This document shows, piece after piece, positions 41,003 to 54,698 of a stretch of 64,000 nucleotides of DNA. Source of the stretch: Octopus vulgaris (Eukaryota); the NCBI GenBank assembly GCA_951406725.2, contig OX597819.1, positions 24,738,001 to 24,802,000 of the forward strand, written 5' to 3'. The position numbers and the translations under genes were made by a program. Under the pieces are notes generated by a model, which worked only from the letters and a program-made list of their open reading frames with translations, was not told the origin of the DNA and ran no database searches. Every line of letters begins with the position of its first letter. Within the stretch, counting starts at the first letter, position 1.

Positions 41003-41315
41003 TGTACCTCTCCACCACTTGACAACCGGTGTTGGTTCATGTATGTCCCCGTAATTTAGCGGTTCGGTCAAAATGACGGATAGAATAAGTATCAGGTTTT
41101 AAAAAATAAGTATTGGAGTCGATTTGTTGGACTAAAACCCTCCTAGGTGGTGCCCTAGCATGACTGTAGACAAATGATTGAAAGAAGTAAAAGCTAAAAG
41201 ATATGAATTATATATCAATATTTATAATTTTCATATATAAATATATGTAAATTATATACATAATCATCCATCCAAATATATGTATATGAATATGTATGTT
41301 TATATATGCATATAC

Positions 41316-41355
<40 letters not shown>

Positions 41356-41669
41356 GTATATGCATATATAAACATACATATTCATATACATATATTTGGA
41401 TGGATGATTATGTATATAATTTACATATATTTATATATGAAAATTATAAATATTGATATATAATTCATATCTTTTAGCTTTTACTTCTTTCAATCATTTG
41501 TCTACAGTCATGCTGGGGCACCACCTAGGAGGGTTTTAGTCCAACAAATCGACTCCAATACTTATTTTTTTAAAACCTGATACTTATTCTATCCGTCATT
41601 TTGACCGAACCGCTAAATTACGGGGACATACATGAACCAACACCGGTTGTCAAGTGGTGGAGAGGTACA
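41003..41669. repeat. Near-perfect 667-bp palindrome centred on (TA)n
   Basis: 41003-41316 is the reverse complement of about 41355-41669; only one substitution and one 1-nt indel were seen. Confidence 0.95.
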
Positions 41670-43180
41670 ACACATATACTAAGTCTTGCGTACATAGATA
41701 TATACTTATAAATATACGACGGGCTTCTTTCAGATTCCTTCTGCCGTATCCTTTCACAAGTCGATTGTCAGCCCGAGCTATAGTAGAAGACATTCGTCCA
41801 AAGTGCCACGCAGCGGAACTGAACCCGGAACCATGTATAATTTTTATGTTTTGTATTTATTTCAACGTAAATGATTTAACGGCTTTCTTTTCTTTCTGTT
41901 ATTGCAAGATACAATCGTTATTTCGATGAAATTATGGGTATACGGGATGGATGATTTCTTGAAAGAAGTTTTTAATTCAATACAGCGCTAGATCTCATGC
42001 GATAACCTTACACTGAATGATGTTAAAAATCTGTTTCTACACAGATCATGACAAATTTGAAATCATTGTAAACGATGACAGAATGGGGAGAATAACATAA
42101 AAATATAACAAAAAGTGGAAAAACTCAAACAAACCAGCATATAAAAAAAGAACAAAGAGAAGTAATCTTGGTAGACATGTGTCAGACTATATATCGAATT
42201 GCACAAGTACTTGTTCTGGCTATTGTTTATCACTACCATGTCTAAAAAAAAAAAAATTCAACTTTTGGTCTGTCTTTATCTTAAACGTGTCTTGCTGTTA
42301 AAGGCAACTACTGACACAGGGGTTCTTTAAATAGGAAACGGAATGAGGTCCTTTCCAGTGTGTGTTATAGCTGATGATGGAATAGAGACGAAGAATGGTA
42401 GGGGCTAAGTGTTGGAAGGGGGCAGTGAGTCGATGAAAAATGGCCGCCAGTGAGAAAGATAGCGTCCTTGTCACGTTTTAGAATTACTTACGAGGCAGCG
42501 AAGCGAATAAGCCAGTGAGAGAGATAGCTTCTTGGTGGTTGTCAGATTCGCTAGAAATAGCAGCCTATTTTCATTCAAATCATATCTTAAGTCACAAAAG
42601 ATACATATTTGATGGTTGGTTCTCAAACGGATAAATACCAGAGCTACAACACATCCCCACAATCCATCAATATTATTGAATTTTTGTTCCGCATTGGTTG
42701 TGTGCTGAAGAAGCTTGCTTTGCAACTGCGTGGTTTTGGGTTCAGTACTTTGCGGCACCCTGGGAAAATATTTTATTTTATAACCAATTGATGAGTGAAT
42801 TTGGTAGACGGAAACTGTGGGGAAGCCCATTGGATATATATGTGTGTGTGTGTGTGTGTGTGTTTGTCTCCCACACTGCTTGACAACCGGTGTTAGTTTG
42901 TTTGCGTTCCCGTAACTTAGCAGTTTGTCAAAAGAGTCCGATAAAATAAATAGCAGACTTAAAGAAGAAGTAAGTACTGCGTTCGATTTGTTCAGCTAAA
43001 AGCTTTCAAGGCAGTGTCTCAGTATGGCCGCAGTCAAATGACAGAAAAAAAATAAAAAAGAAACAGAAAGAGAGAAAATTCTTTATTAAAGAAATATAGA
43101 AATGAGCTTACATCTATATAATTCTTTCTATGTGTTGGAAATACTTGTAATGTATAAGACCGGCTTTAATTTATTTACTA

Positions 43181-43577
43181 CTAGCAGTATCGCCCGGCGT
43201 TGCTCGGGTTTGTAAGGGAAATAACTATATAAGCATTTTTAGAGAGTTATAGCCAAAAAATAGCAAAAAAATGCATTAAAAATGGAAAAAAAATTATGGT
43301 AAATTTTTTTTTAAATCGTTCACTCATCGTAGACATTTTTAGAGAGTTACTTCCCTTATATAATAGCGAAAAAATGCATTAAAATGGAAAAAAATTATGG
43401 TAAATTTTTTTTAAATCATAGACTCATCGTTGACGCACGCTAATACCCAGAAGGTCTCGATATGAATCACGACTATAAGATACCCGGTTTTGGTTAAACT
43501 GCACCGCAAAATGTGGGAGTAGTTAGGAATCTAAATCGTAGGAGACAGACACACAACTTCACTTTTATATATAAAGA
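43181..43577 (-). mobile_element. Non-autonomous Helitron, variant 1
   Basis: A|CTAG-cagtatcgcccggcgttgctcggg at the left end and aaaGA|T at the right end; reverse complement of 5462-5856. Confidence 0.9.
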
Positions 43578-44679
43578 TAATGAAATAACCGACCCCATTC
43601 TTTTCAGTTCTCCAACCTCTCCTTCACCCAATTGGAAACCCGACATTATGACGAAAAAATATATAGACCTACACAGTCCTTAACATACAGGATGGTTAAA
43701 GCTGAAATACTTTTGGTCACAGGTCTGCTCAGTTAATGTTGACGTGGGCCTAAACAACTGTAGCAATTTGTAAGGCGCCATATTTAGGTGGACGTAAAAG
43801 GTGGGGAATTGGCAAAGTCGCTGGAGAGTTGGATAGAATACTTCACGGTATTTGTTCCGATTCTCTGCATTCTAAGTTCAAATACTGCAGAGGTCAACTT
43901 CACTTTTTCTTTGGAGAGGGATAAGTTTCAATAGGTTTAAATTTCTCAAGATATACTGTTTGTCACAACGGCGTTTGTCGGACGTCATCAGGAGTTAAGT
44001 GGTCTCCCCTTCTCACCACAACCGCGTCATAAACATTCTGAAAATTTGTCATAGTGATTCTCAAAGTAAGAAATAGCAACGTCCATCCACCAAAATTATT
44101 AGTGAAATAATTTGTCCCACTCGTTTTCAACAAGAAGACAAAACAGAGCTCGCATCTTTATAATTCTTCAGGCTTCGCCATAGTGTCGGACGTGTTTAAA
44201 AGGCTTAAAACCGAAATATATTTTTTAAACATATTATTTTGTTTAACTATGGCAATATGTTCCCACCTCCATTAATTAAGTCTAATTCAGTGTTTCTTAT
44301 GTGAGAAACACTGTTCTCGGGAACTTAATCAAAAAGATGGAGGTTCTAGGGACTTAAATAAAGAAGGGTGAGATAAACAGATCTTCTTTAACCCTTTATC
44401 TGTCCAAATCATTTCCATAAGTTTCTCTTAAACGTTCATACTTGTTTCCAGCCTTTTTGTTTTTGTTTCATAAGTTCAAAGTTATTTTGGTGGTTGAAAA
44501 AATTGTTAACTTGTATCGTATATGATGCATAGATGCGACAAGAATATATTCTGGGTATCACATGTAATACACAAGACAGGCAAATAGTTAAAGTGTGAAT
44601 AAACTATTCTGAGGGATTTAGTTAAAGGACCGAGGAACAAACTGGTCTAGGAATAATAGTAGCGAAATAGTTGGGTGAT

Positions 44680-44914
44680 AAAGGCAGCGAGCTGGCAGAA
44701 ACGTTAGCGCGCCGGGCGAAATGTTTAGCGGCATTTCGTCTGCCGCTACGTTCTGAGTTCAAATTCTGCCGAGGTCGACTTTGCCTTTCATCCTTTCGGA
44801 GTCGATTAAATAAGTACCAGTTACGCACTGGAGTCGATGCAATCGACTTAATCCGTCTGTCTGTCCTTGTTTGTCCTCTCTGTGTTTAGCTCCTTGTGGG
44901 TAGTAAAGAAATAG
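44680..44914 (+). mobile_element. SINE family B
   Basis: Full head and core, flanked on both sides by gttgggtgataaa (likely TSD). Confidence 0.88.
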
Positions 44915-45815
44915 GTTGGGTGATAAACTGGTGTAAGGGACTTTGTTAAGTGAGAAATAAACTAATCTGTGGGATTTAGTAAGTAGACAAACTGGTCTGA
45001 GAAACTTGATAAAAGGGTTGGCAGACACGCTGGTGTAGAAAAAATTGTTAAAGATTTTTCATTCCAAACACAAACGAGGTTTACCGATGTCCTGGAGCAA
45101 TAAAAATGGTTTTCACTGAAGTGAGATCACTGACTAGTGACGTAGGAGAATAAATCTCGGATAGATTTGGGAGATCGAATTCTTAGTTGTTGCTTTGCTG
45201 CAGCCAGCTCTGGTCGAACGCTTCAGCCTTAACGAGCCGTCTTTTACTCACGCACACTGTACCTAAGACTACATTATCCAATATGTAATGTCTTTTATAA
45301 AAAAAAATCTACAGCAATGTGTGATTTGAAAATGATTAGGCTGTTATTTTTAGGAAGGTCATGCGATCGTGTTGAGGCATCTTCATTTAATTATTATAGC
45401 TTTCGTTTCGCGCTAGATCAGTTCCGATCAGTCCAATCTGTTATGAAGTGCATTCCAGATGTGATCCTTGATACAAAATATCTAAGATGACATCATTCAA
45501 TTTTCCTTTCCTAAAACAGTAAGGTGTAATTTAAAGTAAATCATTTTTAGCAAGTCGTGTCATCGGAGATGTTGCTTAACCCTTAGTCATTTTTAATTAA
45601 GCGGCTTATTACAAAAGTATTCAATCAATGATCAGTCTTCATTTGTAAGAGAGTAGGGAGAGATATGAGAGAGATTTGATTGCGAATTCTAGCAGACAGG
45701 CGACCAGGTAGAGGTTATATCCCTGGGTGAATAAACCAAAACGGTGATCATTGAGAAGGACATGAACCCATGGCCTTTGAGATATTTGAAATGGTGCTAA
45801 GGCACTGAACAAATA

Positions 45816-46041
45816 CCTATTTCTTTATTACCCACAAGGGGCTAAACATAGAGGGGACAAACATAGGTATTAAGTCGATTACATCGACCCCAGTCTGCGT
45901 AACTGATACTTAATCTATCGACCCCGAAAGAATGAAAGGCAAAGTCGACCTCGGCGGAATTTGAACTCAGAACGTAGCGGCAGACGAAATACCGCTCAGC
46001 ATTTCGTCCGGCGCACTAACGTTTCTGCCAGCTCGCCGCCT
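45816..46041 (-). mobile_element. SINE family B
   Basis: Reverse complement of 44680; aacaaatacc occurs on both sides. Confidence 0.88.
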
Positions 46042-46234
46042 AACAAATACCGTCTGTATATTACTGCTATTTAACTTAGTCAAAGCCAAGGAAGATAAAG
46101 ATAAAGCAAACGAATATGAAATCGTTACCTGTCGAACTGAAAATAGTAACACAACGAAGATAATGAGATACAAATTTATAAAAATTATATGTCATAATAC
46201 CTGAACTGAATTATATCTCAATAGTACCTAAATA

Positions 46235-46765
46235 TTGGGTTGTCCGGAAAGTTCGTGTCGATTTTTTAAAGGAAAGAAAAAGGTCAATAAATACTTGCCA
46301 TTACATTTTTAATCAAACAAAGATGAACCATTTTCTTGCACAATTCGTCTCCATCTTTCCTTTAACTTGAAAATACCCTCTTCCCAGAATTGAGGTGGTT
46401 TCATGGCAAAGAAGTCATCAAGGTATCTTTTTTACGTCATCCCAGGAACTGAAATTTTTACCATTGGGACTATTCTGCAGAGACCTGAATAAGTGGAAAT
46501 CAGAAGGAGCAGCATCTGGTGAATATGGAGGGTGGGGTAACACATCCCAGCCGAGCTGCAGCAATTTTTGTCTGGTTCCCAAAGCCATCAAGTGCCGAAA
46601 ATAAACTTTCTTATCTTCCATTTTAAAGGGTTACAGAATTAGCACAGGTTATAGGAACATAAAATGGAAGTGTAGTCAAATCCTATTTTATGGACTCAAC
46701 TATGTTCTAAAATAAGTCGAAAGTTAAGCTACTATAAATCGGTACGAACTTTCCGGACAACACAA
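46235..46765 (-). mobile_element. Internally deleted mariner transposon
   Basis: TA-flanked TIRs ttgggttgtccggaaagttcgtgtcgattt and aaatcggtacgaactttccggacaacacaa. Transposase remnant LGWDVLPHPPYSPDAAPSDFHLFRSLQN carries the mariner YSPDLAPSD motif. Confidence 0.92.
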
Positions 46766-47189
46766 TAGTATGGCTGTAAGCTGGCACAATCGTTACGGCG
46801 CCGAATAAAATGCTTAGTAGAATTTTTCCGAATTTACGTTGAGCTGAGATGCCACAGAGGTCGACATTGACTTTCATCATTTCTGGATCGATAAAATAAG
46901 TATCAGTTGAGCACTGGGGTTAATGTAATCGACTTACACCCTCCCTTCAAACTGTTGGTCTTGTGACAAAATGTGAAACCAATAATACCTTAGTGGAATC
47001 TATCAAAGTCTCCTGTCGTTTATAGCTAACATTGCTTTCTTATAATAAATATCGTCCTGGAATTTTTTTGTTTTCTTAGAAAAGGAGAAACGAGAAATAG
47101 TTACTTCTATGATTTTCTAAAGAGTGTTAAGTAGATTGTTTGTTTGTTTGTGTAACTATTATAGCATTTCATTGGGCCTTAGAAATGCT

Positions 47190-47486
47190 TGGCGGTGTCC
47201 ATCTCCCACCACAACTCCGTATCCAGAACAATTCTTCAGGGCGCACAGTCGAGGGAAGGCGAAAGGGAGGCAGACAGAAAAAAAAATCCTGGTTTGACAA
47301 CATCAAGGACTGGACAGGTCACACAACACAGCGAACCTGCTACGCATAACAGAGGACAGAGACCAGTAGCGGTGGCTGACTATGAAAGCGCCTAGAGTGA
47401 CACCCCAACGACTGGCTGCATCAGTTAAGGGATGATGATGATGACGACGACGACGACGACGATGATGATGATGATGATGATGATGA
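47190..47486 (+). mobile_element. RTE-clade 3' fragment with (GAT)n tail
   Basis: HNSVSRTILQG/TVEGRRKGGRQKKKSWFDNIKDWTG, the typical RTE C-terminus. Confidence 0.8.
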
Positions 47487-48144
47487 AGTTAAATTATAAC
47501 TGAGGCCTCTAACCAAAAGTCATCAGTGATTGCAAATTCTGATCGTTGGTAACTTAACTTTACCTTAAAACGCTCATCATCTTAATCATTAAAAGAAATT
47601 CTATTACATTGTTCAACATTAGCAAATTTGTGTGTGACACGACCAAAACCCCTAAATAGAAATTATTTTAGCGATTTCTGAGGGCAGAAACGCACATTTG
47701 ATCCCAGCGAGATTTTTAAGTAGAAAATTCAGAGGGACCAATTTAAATACAGAAAGACATTTAATCCAGAGCCGTATCGTATCTGCCAGATCGCAATCAA
47801 AAAATATTAATAGTAAAAGAGACACCCATTCAATGATGACCTTTGCCTTGACATCTGGCATCGCAGTACACACACGTTTACACACACACACACACACACA
47901 TACACACACATGTATGTAAGTATGTCTAACAACAATAACATGCAATATCACAATAACTCGTGAGCATCTCGTTCCTCCTCTCATATCATTTACAGAAAAG
48001 CTGTCGATTCAGTCGAGAGATTCTTATCTCCGAAGGCTGATCTATATGTTCTGTCTTGCTACTTATAATAATTTAAGTTGTTGAGTTTTTCTTTATAGTT
48101 TATGTGTGTGCGTGTGTATGTATATATGCGTGTATATAAGTTAC

Positions 48145-48153
48145 AAAAGCATG

Positions 48154-48199
<46 letters not shown>

Positions 48200-48339
48200 T
48201 GTTGTGTCTCGACTCAAGACTATTGAAAAGGTTGCAAGACATGCATATACATGCATATATATATGTGTGTATGTATGTATGTATATATATATATGTATAT
48301 ATACATATATATATATATACATATATATATACATATATG

Positions 48340-48378
<39 letters not shown>

Positions 48379-48383
48379 TATAC

Positions 48384-48426
<43 letters not shown>

Positions 48427-48440
48427 TATATACATATATG

Positions 48441-48482
<42 letters not shown>

Positions 48483-48540
48483 TATATAGATAAATATTAT
48501 ATATATATATATATCGATAGATAGATAGATAGATATTCAT

Positions 48541-48617
<77 letters not shown>

Positions 48618-48628
48618 CATATATATAC

Positions 48629-48688
<60 letters not shown>

Positions 48689-48760
48689 TATACATATATA
48701 ATATATATATATATATATAAATATATATACATATATAAATATATATATATATATATAATT
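48145..48760. repeat. Long interrupted (TA)n microsatellite
   Basis: Direct reading. Confidence 0.95.
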
Positions 48761-49038
48761 AATTAATAAGGGTGAGAGAATTAGATACTAATTTAATAGT
48801 ATATCTATTCAACACCAAGTGGCCTAGTGCTCCGAGAAACCTGGATTATTATAATATTTTATAATATATTATAATATTTTTACAAAATAAATATAAGAGA
48901 GTGGTCACTATATGGCTCACTCTAGCACCAGTTAATCCAAAAGGTTTCAACCACAAAAATACATGTTTCCCATGAAAGTCAGTACGATTGTTAGCTCACA
49001 CGGACAGGGCAAATAAAAAATAACAAAAATACAGATTA

Positions 49039-49120
49039 TTTTGGGACAATTGTTTCGCTATTAATGAATTAAATGTAATTTTACTTACAAAAAAATCCAC
49101 TTGTAGCTCGTCAGCCAAAA
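49039..49120 (-). ncRNA. Type I hammerhead ribozyme, canonical core
   Basis: Minus strand reads ttttgg-CTGACGA-gcta(43-nt loop)tagc-GAAA-C(AATT)G-TC-ccaaaa. 6-bp stem I, G-C pair closing stem II, palindromic CAATTG stem III, GUC triplet (C at + coordinate 49045). Confidence 0.88.
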
Positions 49121-49154
49121 CTATCTGGATGAAATCCACTCAATCACACGCCAG

Positions 49155-49577
<423 letters not shown>

Positions 49578-49837
49578 TATATATACATAGGTAGATGTAT
49601 TGGATCGAGTAACAGTGTTTACAAGTTTACAAACTCTATGCTTGGAATGACCAATTTTAAATACTATTGGAACTTACACACAAGGTACAGGAAACTTATA
49701 TGTATTCCATTCTGCTCAAATAATAGAACTGCAAATACAATATCCCTGCATATCCCACGTCTGTTTTCATTCCTCCACTTCACTAACTATTTCATATTTT
49801 CTCTAGAATAACTATTGCTTAACCATCTTCTTGCACC

Positions 49838-49885
49838 GTCTCCGATGAAGGGATACATAAAATATCCGGGGAACAGTTGTAAGAA
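49838..49885 (+). ncRNA. Degenerate hammerhead-like motif, same family as 9279
   Basis: gtct-CCGATGA-ag-ggata..tatcc-gg-GGAA-C(agtt)G-TA-aga. Downstream tataaatg..cagccttgg..tatctcatt also matches 9342-9388. Confidence 0.5.
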
Positions 49886-50111
49886 CTTCTCTTTATAAAT
49901 GTTCTGAAATCTTTCACAGCCTTGGATTTTTATCTCATTCTGTTAATTTTTATATATATATATGCATGCTAATATATGACCTACGTTGGACTCCTCATTC
50001 GCATAATCACCGAACCTGAAGCTTAACTATAGTCAGTCCATAGCGCTTACTCAGCCATTACCTGACACCTTTGGGTCTTCTTGACACCATTACCTCTCAT
50101 AACATATATAT

Positions 50112-50148
<37 letters not shown>

Positions 50149-50194
50149 AGAAAGTCAAGAATGAAAATACTAAAATAATTTTATAAATATCATT

Positions 50195-50235
50195 TCAGTA
50201 CCGGTTTCAGTCATTGAGACTTTTTCAACTTTAAG
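50195..50235 (-). ncRNA. Divergent hammerhead-like motif
   Basis: Minus strand reads aaGTTGA-aaa-agtc(tcaat)gact-GAAA-CCGG-TA-ctg, with palindromic ACCGGT. The 5' core is non-canonical. Confidence 0.35.
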
Positions 50236-50367
50236 TATGGAAAACAATTTAATTTAGAAAAATTTAAAAAGTCTTTTTTAAAAGAATATTTGTATAGTGT
50301 TCAAATACAAGTGGCATTTTCCTTGTTTCTGCCTGTCTCTGTCTCTCTTGTTTACTCTTGTGGGTTC

Positions 50368-51066
50368 GAGGTCGTTGTCGATCAGGTAAAGGACCTGGGT
50401 ATCTTGGTGGATTCCTCCTTTTCGCCTTCGGCCCAGTGCATCCATGCTGCCAACAAAGCGCGCGGAATTCTGTTTTTGATTCGACGGTCATTCAGAATGC
50501 TCACAGCAGCCATATTCCTGCCACTCTATGTCACGCTGGTGAGACCCATATTGGAGTATGGGATTCAAGCCTCTTCTCCTTATCTCCTCAAAGACATACA
50601 GCACCTCGAAAGAGTCCAGAGGCTGCCTACCCGCATGGTTCATGGTCTCAAAAATTTGTCCTACGAAGAAAGGCTGAGGACGCTCGACCTTTATTCTCTT
50701 GAAAAACGCCGCCGCCGTGGTGATCTCATTCTCGCCCACAACATCATAAGCGGGAAGTGTAACCTCTCGAAAGAGCTGTTCTTCACTCCTGCTCCGGAGC
50801 GTCGGCTGCGGGGTCATTCCGAAAAGCTCTACCTGCGACGATTTCATCTCAATCGAAGGAGAGGAGCTTTCTCCGTCCGGGTTGCGGATCCGTGGAACAA
50901 GCTGCCAGACGAGATGGTGAAGATGCCGACGACCGCTTTGTTCAAAGCCTCCCTGGACCTCAAGTGGCCTGAACTCTTTACATGAACACCACCCTGTACT
51001 TAACTCCATGTCCCCCTACATGGCCTTGCTATTTGCTTTTGAGCCAAATTAACTAACTAACTAACA
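50368..51066 (+). mobile_element. 5'-truncated CR1-clade LINE with open RT C-terminal ORF and (CTAA)n tail
   Basis: KDLGILVDS..LYVTLVRPILEYG..LERVQR..LSYEERL..LYSLEKRRRRGDLI..RLRGH..FSVRVADPWNKLP, stop at 50985, tail taactaactaactaac. Confidence 0.92.
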
Positions 51067-51067
51067 T

Positions 51068-51098
<31 letters not shown>

Positions 51099-51178
51099 TA
51101 ATTATTCATATATACATAATTATATATATATATATATATATATAGATAGATAGATAGATATAATTATTCATATATACA

Positions 51179-51233
<55 letters not shown>

Positions 51234-51235
<2 letters not shown>

Positions 51236-54200
51236 TCTTTTTGTAGTTTCAGCTCAGAGCTGTGGCCATGCTGGGGCACCGCCGTTTTGCTACACTGTTA
51301 TTACTGAGAGCATCCTCTAATATGTGGCACTTGGTGAAGAATAGAGTTTGATGTTACTACCCTCATTTGCACCTCTTGCTGTGAGGTAGGCTCATCTCCG
51401 ACTCTCGGCAGGAATAAGTCCAGTTTTGATTTAAAAACACCTATATCCACTTTGCGTAGGTCCTTCAGGCTCTTTGAGAGTATATTAAAAAGCTGTATGC
51501 CCCTGAAGCCCAGGCTGTTACAGTAACTGGTCCTGAAATGCGATGCCGTTGCTGGGATCTTTGGCACTGTGCAGTGTCGACCCGTTCTGGCATTGGTGTA
51601 GCTCTCAATGCCAAACTTTGGCACAATTACTTCCAGGATCTTCCAGGTGTATATTACTGCATGCCTCTCCCGCCTTCATTCCAGGGTGTAGAGTCTTAGC
51701 TGTTTCAGCCTTTCCCAGTAGCTGAGCTGTTGCAATGAGATGGTCTTCTTTGTGAGGCTTCGCAGGATTGCTTCAAGGTTCTCTGTTAATTTTATATTGT
51801 TGAGTGACCATAGCTGGGAGCAGTAATCCTGGCGGCTGAGGACGAACGTCCTCCAGAGGACCATCATGGTTTCCTTTTCTCTGGTTCTGAACGTTCTCAA
51901 GATCCAGCCAGCCAGCCAGTGGTCTGCACTTTGTCGCCTATTAATGTGCACTTGGTAAGCGGTATCATCACTTATGTCGATTCCCAGGTGCCTCTCTGAT
52001 TTATGCTCTGGGATTGTAATCCCTTGTGGACCAGTGGACCCTGTAAGTTTTATATTCAGTTTTGGACGCTGGTATCGCAGGACTTAGAATTTTTCAGAAT
52101 TAAATTGCATATTATTATCCTCAGCCCATCTGTAAATTGAGTACAACTCCTGCTGCATGTCTGAAACATCGCTGGGGTTCTGTATTTTCTGCGAGACTTT
52201 CGTATAGTCTGCGTAGCTAGCAAGAGTGGCTAGCCGGGCAATTGAGAGTATATCTAAGAGGGCCCCTATGCAGTGGTCCCAAGACAGTGCCCTGTGGAAC
52301 GCCGCTCACTATTTGTGTTTTCATTGAGGTGATTCCATTGGCCACTACTGCCTGACTTTCAGAAAGTCATGTAACCACTCTCCAAGTTTCCAGCTATGCC
52401 GAGATCACGCAGTTTGTGGTATATCATACCATGATCCACTTTATCAAAAGCTTTTGCAAAATCAAGGTATATTACGTCCACATTTGAGTTGTTGAGTAAC
52501 TGCCTCAACACCCAATCATAGTGCTGTAAGAGCTGTGTCAGGCAGCTCCTACCTGGTCGAAAGCAAATCGTTTTCTTCAAGGAATGCGATTAGTTTCCCT
52601 CTGACAATCTATTCCATGACTTTGCTGATGTGTGAAGTCAGTGAGATAGGCCTATAGTCTTTGGCATCTGCTCTGCTTCCCCCTTTATTGATTGGGCATA
52701 TTATTCCCTCCTTCAGTTTGCTTGGCAGCCTGCCATTTGCAAGAAAGCTCTAGAAAGCAATCTGTAATGGTTTTGCCAGGGCACGCTTACACGATTTGAG
52801 GAGGATTGCTGGGAAACCATCAGGACCAACAGTTGAATTTGCGTCCACCTCATCTATGGCTAGTAGTATATCTTCTTCGCTAATGTCAATGTAATCCATC
52901 GTAACTGCCTCGCTGGTTATAGGTGAGGCAGCAAAGAAATCCACTGGTTCGTTCACTTGTCCGTGCTCCAACGGGGTGGTAAAGACACTTTTGAACTGGT
53001 CATTGACCCTGGTTGTACTATCTGTGAGGGAGCCATTCTATTGGAAGAAGGGGGCTTATCTTGCAACTTACTGAGGCTGTTTCTTTCGCATAGTGAAAGA
53101 AGGGCTTTGGGTTTGACTTAATGTTTTTTATAACCCAGGCTTCTTTGTTTGCTCTCTCCCTCACATTGGATTGTTGCAGTCTTTTTTCAATCTCCATCAG
53201 TGTTGTTTTTAGACGGGACCTTTCACTACTTTTGGAATGTTAATTGAGGCGATTTGCAACCTTCGCTCGTTGTCTCATGAGGATCTTCCTCTCCCATAGA
53301 ATCTTGTTCCTTTTTGTGTTGGCCTTGTGCACATATTTCTGGCATATGGTTTGCATAACTGACATGAAATATTCTAGTGTCATGTCAATGTCTAGTGTGG
53401 AGAAACATTTCAGCCAGTCCTGTCTGAAGATCTCTTTTTGGATCGATTTCCAATCTGCTTTGTGGAAGTTTAGATTGGAGAGATTTTGGGTGCTTCCCTT
53501 AGGCTGTATGTCTCTGATTACTTTCGGCCCAAACATAGACAGCTCTATTATGTTGTGATCCGAGACTAATTTCGGCGTCACTTTCACATCATGAACGATG
53601 TCTATATTGCTTGTGAAGCAGACATCCAAAATGTTATTCGCCCTAGTTGGTCTGAGTACAACTTGCTCCATGAATAGGGCATTGGTGAGGTTGAGCAGGG
53701 ACTCCACCTGTGCTTGCTTGTAATGAGTCAATCCTGAGAGCATGAGACCTTCGGGCCATTTGACATTGGGGAAGTTGAAATCTCCCATAAGAAATACGCT
53801 CACGTGGTGCTTCAGTTTCATGAGGAATTCTTTAATTCTTTGTGAAGCAATCTTCAAATTTGCCTATGTGGTTTGGAGCATCTGGTGGGCAATATGTAGT
53901 GCATAGACTATATTGTGCTGTCTTATGTATACAATTAGAGCGTCACATAGTGAATTTAGCATGACAGTAAGACCTGGGGTATGAGATCATCACGGATGTA
54001 TACAGCAACTCCACCATGGCTCCTTTCTCTTCTATCTGGTCGCAGTATGGTATATTTAGCTACGTGTACTTCTGTATCCTCTATATCAGGGCTCGGATGA
54101 GTTTCCACGAGTGCTATGCATAGGGTTTGATTACTTGCAGCAAGGTCTCTCTGGAAAAAAAATTTTGTTTCTGTTGTTATGATGCATCAGGCCCCCAGTA

Positions 54201-54698
54201 TTTAATAAAAATATTGGCGCGACAACTGTGCAGGCGTTTAGGGAGGCCTTTCTGTATCTGTTGATTGCAGTTATCTTGCGCAGTGGCGAGCAAGGTTCCT
54301 TGTTTGCTGAACAATCTTTTGCGCCATGCAAAAAAAAACTCTTGCTCAGCGGCTGCCTTGCGTATAACATCTGAAGAGCTCACTGCTTTTGCAAATTTTT
54401 TCTTTGGAGGCGATTGTTGCCTTTCCTCGGGGAAGTATTTCTCGTTAAGACCCTTGTAGTTTGGGTGGGATCTCGGGTGAGTAAATTGGCAGTTTGTACC
54501 GTCTTCCCCATGCCAACATTTGCCTTGCAGGTAAAATTTGCAGGTCCTTGAGTGCATTCCAAATTTCTTCTCCCCTGCAGGGTTTCGGATTCCATTGCAG
54601 CCTCCATATTTGAGTTTTCTGATTTTTGTTTCGTGATTTGGGGGTTTCGGTTTTAGTTATTCCTTTTTTTCATTTTCCTTTTTCTCCCCTTCTTTCTT

